From the NCBI RefSeq assembly GCF_036507355.1, contig NZ_AP027877.1: a DNA stretch of 64,000 nt; one strand, given 5' to 3'. Below, piece by piece: positions 50,004 through 60,246 of this stretch (position 1 is its first letter; the number at the start of each line of letters is the position of its first letter). The DNA is from Escherichia coli. GTDB taxonomy: Bacteria > Pseudomonadota > Gammaproteobacteria > Enterobacterales > Enterobacteriaceae. The position numbers were made by a program, and so were the translations under genes. A model generated the notes under the pieces. That model did no database searches, was not told where the DNA came from, and saw only the letters and a program-made list of their open reading frames with translations.

Positions 50004-50192
50004 TGAAAGGTATAAATTCATTACCATCGTGATATGGTGCTTCAGACGAAGCAAACTTAAATACCATTAACCCCATGATACTATTGTAAAATCCAAAAAA
50101 AATAATAGTAATCATCATAATGAACTGGTTCGAACAGACTGCGGAAGAGTATGGAGAATTAACAAATAAGGGGGCATTTGCCCCCTTCATCA

Positions 50193-50618
50193 TTATTTCA
50201 GTCGTTTACCTGCATCATCAACGACTTTCTCGCCGTCTTCCTTAGCAAATGCGCCTTTTTGCGCATCCGGAAGAATATCCAGTACCACTTCGGAAGGACG
50301 GCACAGACGCGTTCCCAATGGTGTCGCCACAATCGGGCGATTAATCAGGATCGGATACTGAAGCATAAAATCGACTAACTGATCGTCAGTAAACTTATCT
50401 TCCGCAAGCCCCAGTTCTTCATAAGGTTCAACATTTTTACGCAATAGTGCCCGTACCGTTATCCCCATATCTGCGATGAGTTTGAGCACCTCATCGCGTG
50501 AAGGTGGATTTTCAAGGTAAAGAATAACGTTCGGTTCAGTACCGCTGTTGCGGATCATCTCCAGCGTATTACGCGACGTGCCGCAGGCTGGGTTGTGATA
50601 AATAGTGATGTTGCTCAT
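50193..50618 (-). CDS. arsC: Arsenate reductase (glutaredoxin-type)
   Basis: 141-aa ORF MSNITIYHNPACGTSRNTLEMI... recognised as ArsC. Confidence 0.92.
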   Translation of the reverse strand: MSNITIYHNPACGTSRNTLEMIRNSGTEPNVILYLENPPSRDEVLKLIADMGITVRALLRKNVEPYEELGLAEDKFTDDQLVDFMLQYPILINRPIVATPLGTRLCRPSEVVLDILPDAQKGAFAKEDGEKVVDDAGKRLK

Positions 50619-50630
50619 ATCAATATCTCA

Positions 50631-50840
50631 TTACAAAGTGAAAGAGAGACGTAGCGCCAGCGCGGCCAGCGTTACAAACAGCACAGGCAGAGTCATGATG
50701 ATCCCGGTGCGGAAATAGTATCCCCAGGTGATGGTCATGCTCTTCTGTGAAAAGACATGCAGCCAGAGTAGCGTTGCCAGGCTACCAATAGGTGTAATTT
50801 TCGGCCCCAGATCGCAGCCAATCACGTTGGCATAAATCAT
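50631..50840 (-). pseudogene. arsB: Arsenite efflux pump ArsB, C-terminal fragment only
   Basis: 69-aa ORF matches only the C-terminus of ArsB; no upstream arsB or arsR sequence. Confidence 0.8.
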
Positions 50841-51072
50841 CGCCTCTTTGATAACGCATCATACTGCCAGCGGAATAACTCTCTTCGTCAATACGGCTCT
50901 CGCTGTACGCTTACCCATCTAGAGAGGTTTCAGGTGATTATCGATGTCAGAAGACTGAATGATTCAGTCGTTTACTTTGAGATAGATCAGAGGTTTTTCA
51001 CTACCTGTGTTCATCACATGGCTACGAATAGTAGAATCCAAGCATAAATTAACGCTTAGAAAAGTTGAGCTC

Positions 51073-52272
51073 ATGAGATTCCACCCTGAAGGGCCTTCCA
51101 TACCCGATATCCTCTTAGAACGCTGTGATACAGGTCGAGTTGTATTTCTCTGTGGCGCTGGGGTTTCATTACCTTCAGGGATGCCAAGCTTTGTAGAGCT
51201 TACCCAGCATGTAATTGAATACTTTGACCCACCACACGATTCAGAAATCATGGCAGCATTTCGCCCATGGCTTCACGACCAATCTTCAGCTAATGTCCCT
51301 CTCGACCAAATTTTCAACCTCCTACATCTGGAATATGGCAAGGATGAGGTGAATGCTTTGGTATCAAAGCGTCTGGGGACTGCAAGAACTGATATAGAGA
51401 TTGGACGTGAGCATGCCCTGATTAAAAGAATTTCCTCAAATCAGAGTGGTGTCCCACAGATTGTCACAACGAACTTTGACCGACTGTTCGAGGATAACCA
51501 AGCGCAAGATAATCTAACTCGATATGTGCCGCCAGCTTTCCCAAATCTGAATTTCGGTTCGACAATTGAGGGAATAACATATCTTCACGGCCGCCTGGTC
51601 GACGAAAATGCTGTAAACCATCCTTATGTGCTGAGCAGTGCAGACTTTGGAAGAGCATATCTTTCAGAAGGATGGGCGACCAATTTTATTAAGCTTCTTC
51701 TGGAACGATACATCGTTGTTTTGGTCGGTTATCAGGCAGAAGACCCACCAGTTAAATACCTCCTTCAGGGTCTCAATCATGATGGCCAGTATGATCGTTC
51801 CAGACTTTATGCATTTGATCGCGGCCTTGCCGAGGATATCGAAGCCAAATGGCGTGACAGAGGAGTTACAGCCATAGCCTATTCCGATCATCCAGCTCTT
51901 TGGAAGACTTTGGAAGCATGGGCTGAGCGAGTAGATGATCCACGTCGATGGCGAGCTTCTATTATCGCTAAAAGCCAGCAAGATCCGAAAGTTCTAGCAC
52001 CGTATGAACGTGGTCAACTTGCCCATATACTTCGCACTACACAAGGTGCGAAATTGTTCTCTGAAGCTGTTCCTCTTCCCCATCCAGAGTGGCTTTGTGT
52101 GATGGATGCAAATATTCGGTCAGCCAAACAGAAGAAAAGATACTACGAACTTGATGACAATGATGCAGAGACCTTCGATCCACAAGAAGCTTATGGGCTT
52201 GATGACGATCTGCAAGATATCGCTGATGATGAACGTAAACGTGGAGTGAGTAACGATAATCTCCTTGAATAG
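51073..52272 (+). CDS. SIR2-like (sirtuin-family) domain protein; first segment of a larger interrupted reading frame
   Basis: SIR2-type motifs VVFLCGAGVSLPSGMPSF and VTTNFDRLFE; ends at an in-frame TAG (52270). Confidence 0.7.
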   Translation: MRFHPEGPSIPDILLERCDTGRVVFLCGAGVSLPSGMPSFVELTQHVIEYFDPPHDSEIMAAFRPWLHDQSSANVPLDQIFNLLHLEYGKDEVNALVSKRLGTARTDIEIGREHALIKRISSNQSGVPQIVTTNFDRLFEDNQAQDNLTRYVPPAFPNLNFGSTIEGITYLHGRLVDENAVNHPYVLSSADFGRAYLSEGWATNFIKLLLERYIVVLVGYQAEDPPVKYLLQGLNHDGQYDRSRLYAFDRGLAEDIEAKWRDRGVTAIAYSDHPALWKTLEAWAERVDDPRRWRASIIAKSQQDPKVLAPYERGQLAHILRTTQGAKLFSEAVPLPHPEWLCVMDANIRSAKQKKRYYELDDNDAETFDPQEAYGLDDDLQDIADDERKRGVSNDNLLE

Positions 52273-52308
52273 CGCGACGAAGATGATAACCCGTCAGATT
52301 ACCATCGC

Positions 52309-52998
52309 TTGGCTGGATGTTTGGAGACAATGCCGAAACGATTGAGCCATCTCATGGTCTGGTTCTGCAAATCTCTTGATAGCCCCGTGATGGCTTGGTG
52401 GGCTATCCGAAAAATCAGTATTCATCCTCTACTACTACAAAATATTGAACGCAATATTGAGCATTCAACATCAATCCACAAACGCGCTCGTCAACTGTGG
52501 GGCTTAATTCTTGAACATCATAAAGATCCCCGCAATCGTCGTTATGACGTCGATTGGTACGACTTAAAAGCTCGAATTACAAAACAAGGCTGGACAGCTG
52601 GTGTCTTACGAGAATTTCGTAGGGTAATGACACCCCGATTGGAAAAGAAGTTGCCGTATGGATTGGGTGAAGTCAGACCGCCAAGCGGCTCCTGGGAGGA
52701 AATTCAGTTCAGCGAATTTGGCCAATTTGAAGTTGTGTTCACCGAAAGACATGATGACGATTTAGACGTACCTGACAATGTATTACTACAAGTATTTAAT
52801 GCCTTAGAAGCGCAAATAATAATTGCCTCCGGAATGTTAGAGGATATTGATACGCACTACTTTCCAAGCCCAAGTTGTTATCCAGAACGTGCGGTTGAAG
52901 GAGAAGAACATTTCGCGAAAGGTGCGGAGGTATTAACTTGGTTTGTCCAACTTTTAGACCGAGTTGTTATGAAGTGGCCAGAATTGGCTAAGGCATAA
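52309..52998 (+). CDS. Hypothetical protein; same frame as the upstream SIR2 ORF, likely central part of one disrupted gene
   Basis: Frame open from 52273 with no stop; ends at an in-frame TAA (52996). Confidence 0.5.
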   Translation: MAGCLETMPKRLSHLMVWFCKSLDSPVMAWWAIRKISIHPLLLQNIERNIEHSTSIHKRARQLWGLILEHHKDPRNRRYDVDWYDLKARITKQGWTAGVLREFRRVMTPRLEKKLPYGLGEVRPPSGSWEEIQFSEFGQFEVVFTERHDDDLDVPDNVLLQVFNALEAQIIIASGMLEDIDTHYFPSPSCYPERAVEGEEHFAKGAEVLTWFVQLLDRVVMKWPELAKA

Positions 52999-53103
52999 GT
53001 AACAACTTGGCCAGTTAAGGAGCCATTTTTCTTCCGAAAGCTTAGACTTTATGCATTCAGTAAAAAAGGCGTCTTTGAGGCTGACCGTGTTGCCGAAGAG
53101 CTT

Positions 53104-54882
53104 TTGTCTTTGGATCAAAGTGGATTTTGGGACACAAATATTACCCGCGAACTTCTTTTTCTGCTCACTGATCGTTGGGAAGAATTCTCGCAAGAAAATC
53201 AGAATCGAATTATAGAGCATATATTAACCGGCCCGAACCATTTACTTTATTTGTCTGAGGAAGACATTCCAAAAGAAAGAGAGATATTAGCAGCTAGATA
53301 CGCTCGTTATCTCGAACTAAACGGCTGTAAAGTAACCACTATTCATCGTGACCAACTAACTGCGATGATTAAAAGAATTCCTGACTGGAATGATGGCTGG
53401 GCTACATCTGTTGTCATCAATTGGGGTTCACGGACAGGTTGGGTTCGTACAGACGAAAAGCCAGATATAATCTTAGATCTTCCAGCAAACGAAATAATCC
53501 CAAAAGTAAAAGAGATACTTAAACGAGAGGATGATAGCTTTACTAGTAGGCAACCCTTTGTCGGATTGATAAAAGAAAATCCGCGTAAAGCTTTGTCTGC
53601 ACTCGCTATTGCAGGGAGAGGCGGTGATTACCCTAAGGAATTTTGGTCGCCAATGATAAGTGAGTTACCTATAGATCTTAAACCAAGGGTGAGACGAGTA
53701 TTCCTGAACCGAATTGTGCGATTGCCAGTTACAGCTTTGGTCGAGTTACGACATACATTAAGTAACTGGCTTGAACAAAATTTAGCTGCGACTCTTGAAT
53801 TTGATGAGGATCTCGGGTGGGCAGTTTACGATCATGTCATAGCAGGCATACTGAGTGGTGGCGCCAGTGCAATACGGAGTAGTTTCGGAGAAGTTATCCG
53901 GAATGGAGAAGTTGTAATACAGTCTCGCCGCACGTTCAGTCATGCAATCAATGGTCCTGTCGGTAAATGTACTCAAGCGCTTTTTCAAGCAATGCCAAGT
54001 GAAGAGAAAAAAGCTGGTTCGCTTATTCCTTACTCTATTAAGTCTCGTATTGAACATCTTTTTACTGCACCAGGAGAAGGAGCGGACCACGCTATAGCTA
54101 TAACGTCTCGCAATCTAAATTGGCTAATGTTTGTTGATCCTGCATGGGTAAAGGAATGGCTTATACCCCTTTTGGATTTAAAACATCCTGCAGCAGAACC
54201 AGCATGGAATGGTTATCTTCAGTGCAATGCTATGCCTTCAATTGCAGTAGCTGAACTTATTAAACCAGCTTTTCTTAACCTTATCCCTTGGATCGAATCT
54301 CTTTCTTGGGAAAAAGATTATTCAGTTCGAGCTTCGCAATGGCTTGGCTTAATGAGAATGTTTCACCCTGATGAGCCCTCCAGTCCTTCCAGGAATGAAA
54401 TGCGCTCCATATTACGAGCATTATCTGACGAGGCTCGAAATCGTTTTATTTCCTGGTTAGGATTGGTCGGGCAGAAAAACGAGAGTGGCTGGGTTAAGTA
54501 TGTGATCCCATTAATCAGAGAGGACTGGCCCAAAGAACGCCAATATAGAACCACGAGCTCTGTAAAAGCATGGATTGGTTTACTTGACGATACTGGCGAT
54601 AAGTTTCCGGAGGTTTACGATTCAGTAAAAACATACTTAGTACCAATCGAGACAATTGATCATTTGTTCTACAGATTCACTCGGGAGCTCGGTGGTAAAG
54701 GAGCAATTGCGGCTATTTTTCCAGAAACCACGCTTGATTTAATGGACAAAATAACACCACTGATATTCACGCGTACATCAGGAGAGCTGCAGAAGATTCT
54801 TGAGCTAATTGAAGATACAGATACAAGTCTGATCAAGGATTCTCGGTACTTACGGCTTATTGCACTGGTTGAGAAAAATTAG
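53104..54882 (+). CDS. Hypothetical protein; same frame as the two upstream ORFs, likely C-terminal part of the SIR2-containing gene
   Basis: Frame open from 52999 with no stop; 592-aa helical protein, no motif recognised. Confidence 0.5.
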   Translation: MSLDQSGFWDTNITRELLFLLTDRWEEFSQENQNRIIEHILTGPNHLLYLSEEDIPKEREILAARYARYLELNGCKVTTIHRDQLTAMIKRIPDWNDGWATSVVINWGSRTGWVRTDEKPDIILDLPANEIIPKVKEILKREDDSFTSRQPFVGLIKENPRKALSALAIAGRGGDYPKEFWSPMISELPIDLKPRVRRVFLNRIVRLPVTALVELRHTLSNWLEQNLAATLEFDEDLGWAVYDHVIAGILSGGASAIRSSFGEVIRNGEVVIQSRRTFSHAINGPVGKCTQALFQAMPSEEKKAGSLIPYSIKSRIEHLFTAPGEGADHAIAITSRNLNWLMFVDPAWVKEWLIPLLDLKHPAAEPAWNGYLQCNAMPSIAVAELIKPAFLNLIPWIESLSWEKDYSVRASQWLGLMRMFHPDEPSSPSRNEMRSILRALSDEARNRFISWLGLVGQKNESGWVKYVIPLIREDWPKERQYRTTSSVKAWIGLLDDTGDKFPEVYDSVKTYLVPIETIDHLFYRFTRELGGKGAIAAIFPETTLDLMDKITPLIFTRTSGELQKILELIEDTDTSLIKDSRYLRLIALVEKN

Positions 54883-55040
54883 CATTTATGGTTTTTTACC
54901 GTTGTTGATTACTCAGCAACACTTTTCGACATGCCGTAGCGCTTATCGCCTGTTCTTGACTAAGATGAGAAGCAGGCGTTAAAGTTTGGTTAAAGGAGAA
55001 CCTCTAACCATTCCTTCTGGAAGAAATAATCTTTGGAGTA

Positions 55041-55769
55041 TTATTGAAATTGCTCAAATATACCATGCAACCCAATAAATTTTATTTTTAGTGCAGGATC
55101 ATGCCTTAGAACAGTCTCAAGTGAGTTCCGCTCATAAATTATTGATTGTGCTTGTATTGAGCCGTTCCATGAAGGCAAAAGCAGTAAAGCAGATGTTTCC
55201 AAATCAATACCCCACCAATCGTTAACATAGCAATTTAAAAAATCAACAAGAGCCTTAATCGCAATAAAAGCATCTTTTTCGGTATATGTTTCAGGATCGA
55301 GGGATATACCTGATATATTACTTTTAGCTTGCTCGGAATTAATATTAGACTGGTGTTGATAAGCAATTTTTCCTTCACCCGGTTTAGTTTCTATTGTATC
55401 AGTGAAAATTTTAATCTTAGGATGCACCAATGCATTTCGTTGTGCTATTAATTCTTTTATTATTTGTGTTTGAGTGGTTCCACGAGGTAAAGACATGTCT
55501 TTATGCCATTGAAGAGTATAGTCAAATTTATCAAGTGAAGAGAACCTGTCAATTTGATCTTTTAACTTTTGCGTTATTTCTATAGAAGATAAAAATGAGT
55601 TAGCTGCAGCCTCAATAGCGTAGTTAATTGAAAGTACACTTGATTTGGCAAGTGTTTTTTTGATGTGTGATTTTTTTGTTGCAGCTGATAATTCATAAAG
55701 AGTTATTGCATCAGAAAAAAGCTCAAAAAAGCTGTTCTTGGTTATTTCAACTTTTCTTTTCACACGCAA
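55041..55769 (-). CDS. Hypothetical protein (third gene of AT-rich operon)
   Basis: 242-aa ORF, visibly AT-rich; no motif recognised. Confidence 0.6.
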   Translation of the reverse strand: MRVKRKVEITKNSFFELFSDAITLYELSAATKKSHIKKTLAKSSVLSINYAIEAAANSFLSSIEITQKLKDQIDRFSSLDKFDYTLQWHKDMSLPRGTTQTQIIKELIAQRNALVHPKIKIFTDTIETKPGEGKIAYQHQSNINSEQAKSNISGISLDPETYTEKDAFIAIKALVDFLNCYVNDWWGIDLETSALLLLPSWNGSIQAQSIIYERNSLETVLRHDPALKIKFIGLHGIFEQFQ

Positions 55770-55852
55770 CCCTCTGCATAAAAAATAAAATCATATAGAC
55801 AGAATACAATTTCCTATAATCTTTACATTCTACTAATTGTGGATATAAATGG

Positions 55853-57325
55853 CTATCGAGAATAAGAACTGGGTTTAGGAAAACCACCTCTGACGACGAC
55901 AACAACAATTGCAACTTGAGATTGACCTGTTGGATGAGTGAATACTTCAATATCATCCTCTATTACTCCCACCGGCGCTGATTTTGACGTTGATTCCAGA
56001 ACAACCAAAATACCGATACGCTTACCTAATCCAATGGCATAAGCTGCTGTTTGATCGAAATATTTTTGAAAATCCTTGGGAAAAAGAACCTTATTATTTT
56101 CAACTTTTAGTTCTATCGGAATGTCTTCAAATGTGAGATCCGTTATCCCGCCAGCAGCCTCTGGATGGCCTTGTAATTTCTCGCCAATCTCATTCCTACT
56201 TCTAAGCATTTCGGCTATTTTACGCTGAAATTTTTGCTCTGATGTGCCAGCAATAAATAAACTAGCTTTAAGAGCTTGTGCTGCAACATTTCCTAAGCCG
56301 CCAAGTATAACCATTGTATTAGCAATGTCATCTGAGTGTAATCCAGGGAAAGCTCGTAATATGTTACGAATTTTTATAAGATGCCTATCGACGTTTGAAA
56401 ATCCAGTTAATGGAGCTTGAGCGGAATCACTCCCTTCAAGTAGTAAGCGCCTATGTCCTACGATAGCAATATTTTGGCAATTACTTAAATTGTCAAACTC
56501 GGCAGCATATAGGAATTCGTAAGGTCTCGAGCCAAATGAATTTGCCACTTCCAAGACGACACGACCGATCCCCTTCAGTGTGAAGGGGCCTTCCCCCTCT
56601 GGTTTCTCAAATCTAAAATCAGGCAACCAGTCTCGCTCACGAGCATCAATTGTCACTGGCTTTAATGAGAGGAAATTTGCACTTTTTGGCCAATTTGAAA
56701 CCCTGACCTCTATGTTAAGGTCATAAGCCGTACCCGGCTTAAGATAATTCCATTGCTGAGCTGGTTCCCCATCAATATCAAACTTTAGAAATGCAACTGT
56801 CGATTCTTGTGTTTTATTCTCTTTTGTCTCTTTACTAGATATTCCTTGCCTAATCTCCTCAATATTTTTATCGCGAAGATTTGCGAATAAGAGTAGTGGC
56901 AATGACCAGCTTGTTAACTGGTCTTGTATTTGTTTTAATGAATCTAATTTACTGATTGAACGGACTTGCTCTATAAATTCATTAAATTGTTTGTTCTCCG
57001 AGAGACTCGTCGTCATGTCGATCTCTGATGCTTTTAATTGTGCTGAATTTAAAAACCTTTGAGCATCAGTCTCAGCATTACGTATAGCATGTTTCCACTC
57101 AGCTAGAGTTACAAATATAGTCATTGCTATATAATATGCACGATATTGATCTTCAACATATCCCTGACCGAGCTCATCGAGCGTTTCATTGAGCTTTTGA
57201 CACGCTTCTTTAAGTTTCACCAAGTCATTCGGAATGGACTTGAGTGCACCATCCAACGCTGCTGCAATCTCAACCCTCGGAGAAAAAGCTTGGCGGAAAA
57301 TCTCGAAATTTGGCTCGTTCTTCAT
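55853..57325 (-). CDS. Hypothetical protein (second gene of AT-rich operon)
   Basis: ORF 55853-57367; start placed at ATG 57325; overlaps the 3' end of the upstream gene. Confidence 0.6.
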   Translation of the reverse strand: MKNEPNFEIFRQAFSPRVEIAAALDGALKSIPNDLVKLKEACQKLNETLDELGQGYVEDQYRAYYIAMTIFVTLAEWKHAIRNAETDAQRFLNSAQLKASEIDMTTSLSENKQFNEFIEQVRSISKLDSLKQIQDQLTSWSLPLLLFANLRDKNIEEIRQGISSKETKENKTQESTVAFLKFDIDGEPAQQWNYLKPGTAYDLNIEVRVSNWPKSANFLSLKPVTIDARERDWLPDFRFEKPEGEGPFTLKGIGRVVLEVANSFGSRPYEFLYAAEFDNLSNCQNIAIVGHRRLLLEGSDSAQAPLTGFSNVDRHLIKIRNILRAFPGLHSDDIANTMVILGGLGNVAAQALKASLFIAGTSEQKFQRKIAEMLRSRNEIGEKLQGHPEAAGGITDLTFEDIPIELKVENNKVLFPKDFQKYFDQTAAYAIGLGKRIGILVVLESTSKSAPVGVIEDDIEVFTHPTGQSQVAIVVVVVRGGFPKPSSYSR

Positions 57326-59843
57326 ATTCTTTCTCCAACTCAGCCGTAAGACCATTCCATTTTTCAATTAAGTCATTATAGGGTTCGCAAACACTTATGG
57401 CATGTTCAATGCTAGCTGCTTCTGTAACTAAAGCAGCCTTAAGTTTCCATTGTGTATTTCTTTCATCATTTGGAATTTCTTCCAGTAGTTCCTTTAAACA
57501 AACATTTGCAGTTACGTTATCACCACACTTGCTTAACGCAGCCACGTACACTAATGCTTCAATAAATTGTTGAGGTTTAAATGGTTTCAGAGCATTGAAT
57601 GCTTTTTGGAGATCGTCTTTACAATTTCGAAGCTCATTATGTGGCGCTCTTAATATCACTGAGATGCAGTCATCAATAGAAATACTGCGAGTATACTCAT
57701 CCTGAATTGCTTTGAGTGCGACTTTGACAAAACCGGGAATATCATCAAAATGAAAACGCAATCGATTGATAGCATCATAAAGTGCACTTCCTTCTAAAAT
57801 TAATAATATATTAGAAAGAAGCAATCCAATTTTCCCCTTTCTCTCTTCATCTGATAAGCAAAGAGAAGAAAAAACGTCAATGCATTCTACAATGAAATTA
57901 TCTTTTTTATCTTGTTGAATATAATAGCAAATTAGATTCCATAGCCGGGATCTCACAAGTCCCCGTTTCTCCTCAGGAAAAGATCTACGGCTCAAAGCGC
58001 GAACAGCATACTGATGCACCATAACATATTGATCTAATAGCAAGACTGAATATGCTTCGAAGAATAAATCTGGGAAATTCTTCACTAAATCATAGGGAAC
58101 ATTTTCCCACGCTTGTACGGCACGTGCTCGAATCAATGTACTCTCATCCATAAGAGCACGATACCAATCGGAGAGCACTAGTGTTAGGCTGTCAATACCA
58201 GTTAATAACTTAGAAACATGGGCAATCATGTTCCCACGCATTTGAGTTTGTTCTTCTGGTAAGCTTCTATAGAGATGAAGAAAATCATCGATTCCTTCAC
58301 TCCCTCTAGATTTAGCTCCAATCGCAGCCCATTCAATCAATGCACCCTGTAAGCCATCAATAGCATTACGCTTATTACTTTTATCTAAATGATCTAGAAA
58401 ACTCTCATTTATTTCTATGATTTTTTCTTTATTCAACGCCTCAAATTTCTCGCTTAGCGTTGCAGCCGCTCCGATCAAATCGTCAAAATTATCAACTGCA
58501 AGCTCAGCAAATTCGTCCCAAGAGTGTCTAAAGAATTGTCCTGCATCATCCATGCTATCCTCTGGATTTTCCACAGCAGCCCAGAGCAAACGCCTAAAAG
58601 CTATTTTTTGTGTCTTTCCTGTTTTACTTTTTTTTCTATAGTTATTTCGCAGTACAGATCTGTAAGCTCTATTGGCCTCATGTCTCCCAATATCATCTTT
58701 GTCAGCAAGATAGGATTGAATAACTTTATCGCTTTCATCGGGAAATCTATCTAAGTATTTCGTAGCAGCCTCCCGAAGAAAGAAAAGAATGCTGCTATCT
58801 CTCCGCTCCTCCGGGAGTAGAGTCCGTCGACGCATCAGCTTAGCAAATATACTTCTAATATGTCTTAGAAGCAGCTCATCATCATCCGATGCAATAATTA
58901 TCTCAATAGCAAATTGAAATTTTCCCCGGTGAGTATCTTTTATGTATTCATCAACAACATCACAGATATCAGCTTGTCTTTTTTTAAAAAGTGACTGAAT
59001 GGGGCCTTTATTAAGTACTTTTCGCTCAAATGTGCCAATCATCATTCCAGGAGGAGATTCAACAGCCATTCTAACAAAGTGGTAAAGGACTTTTAAGAAA
59101 TCATCTTCAGATAGATTCTCTGCTTCCAAGAGGATTGCTTCTATAGCTGGTGGACAATATTCGAAGTTGTTTATTAAATATACTGAAATTGCCAGTTTTT
59201 CCGCTTGTGATAATTCAGTTCTTATTAAAGCTTTTGCTGCTGGCATTGAATATGGTAATTTCTCATGTAACACTGCAGGCAACAAGTGTTCAATTATTTT
59301 ACTTGTAAATGTCTCAGGTGCCAGATTAGCAAGTTGTTCCAAACGGGGATCGTTGTTCTCTATATCCTCTTGATCGAGTTCATCAAGCAAATCAAGCACA
59401 AACGTTTCTTCTAGAGTAAGTGAAAGACGTAATACTGCTCGTTCTTGTTGTCTATTGAGCTGCTTCTGCTTTCTCTGCCTTTCTTCTTCTTTGCGAGCCA
59501 AATTTCGTTCTTCGGCAGATTTTTCTCTTGGGCCTACAAACTCTAAAATATTGGGAAATCCCACCGGAACCCGTTGATTACAATGTTTACAGTTCTGTTT
59601 ATAGAAGCTGTAAACCGAGTCTTCCAGCAGCCAGCTAAGCATTGAACTTTGCTTAACAAATTTGCATTGAACTCCCATGTGACCAATGGGTAACCCTGTT
59701 TCAGCCTCAATCATGCCTCTCCCCTCTGATCGAATGAATTCAGAGTGAGAACACCAGTTACTAAGTAGGTGTACAGCACGGAGATTTCGTTGACCAGCTT
59801 CGATTGCCTCTTCAAATCTTTTTTTATCTTCAAAATCATCCAT
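57270..59843 (-). CDS. Hypothetical large protein (first gene of AT-rich operon), N-terminal Cys/His cluster
   Basis: 857 aa; N-terminal C/H-rich segment (CSHSEF...C...CKHCNQ), then charged coiled region and helical repeats; no NTPase motif. Confidence 0.6.
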   Translation of the reverse strand: MDDFEDKKRFEEAIEAGQRNLRAVHLLSNWCSHSEFIRSEGRGMIEAETGLPIGHMGVQCKFVKQSSMLSWLLEDSVYSFYKQNCKHCNQRVPVGFPNILEFVGPREKSAEERNLARKEEERQRKQKQLNRQQERAVLRLSLTLEETFVLDLLDELDQEDIENNDPRLEQLANLAPETFTSKIIEHLLPAVLHEKLPYSMPAAKALIRTELSQAEKLAISVYLINNFEYCPPAIEAILLEAENLSEDDFLKVLYHFVRMAVESPPGMMIGTFERKVLNKGPIQSLFKKRQADICDVVDEYIKDTHRGKFQFAIEIIIASDDDELLLRHIRSIFAKLMRRRTLLPEERRDSSILFFLREAATKYLDRFPDESDKVIQSYLADKDDIGRHEANRAYRSVLRNNYRKKSKTGKTQKIAFRRLLWAAVENPEDSMDDAGQFFRHSWDEFAELAVDNFDDLIGAAATLSEKFEALNKEKIIEINESFLDHLDKSNKRNAIDGLQGALIEWAAIGAKSRGSEGIDDFLHLYRSLPEEQTQMRGNMIAHVSKLLTGIDSLTLVLSDWYRALMDESTLIRARAVQAWENVPYDLVKNFPDLFFEAYSVLLLDQYVMVHQYAVRALSRRSFPEEKRGLVRSRLWNLICYYIQQDKKDNFIVECIDVFSSLCLSDEERKGKIGLLLSNILLILEGSALYDAINRLRFHFDDIPGFVKVALKAIQDEYTRSISIDDCISVILRAPHNELRNCKDDLQKAFNALKPFKPQQFIEALVYVAALSKCGDNVTANVCLKELLEEIPNDERNTQWKLKAALVTEAASIEHAISVCEPYNDLIEKWNGLTAELEKEYEERAKFRDFPPSFFSEG

Positions 59844-60246
59844 TTAGATAACACCCTTATAAGGAACATGTACTCATCTAAAATGCTGTTACCGGATTAT
59901 TATACCTAAAACAATGAATGCTGTGTATTATGAAATGTGATATAAGTCAATTAGTTACATATAAAAACCAACTCACATCCAAAAGGATAGTATTTCGAGG
60001 TTTGTAGCATCATTAAATGTGAACTTATTTATCGCCCCCTCAAGTTAACTAATAAATAAGTTATAATTTACATATACTTCTGGAATTTAGAAACCTTATA
60101 TCTAATAGTTGAGTAAGTTAATAATCAACTTGAGTGTGATTCATAAAAAAAATAATTATTATTTTCAGCCCCTCCATTATGGAGGAGCAATAATAGTATA
60201 GTTTTCCTGTATTCCTAACGATCCAGTTAGGCTTAGAGAAATCTAA

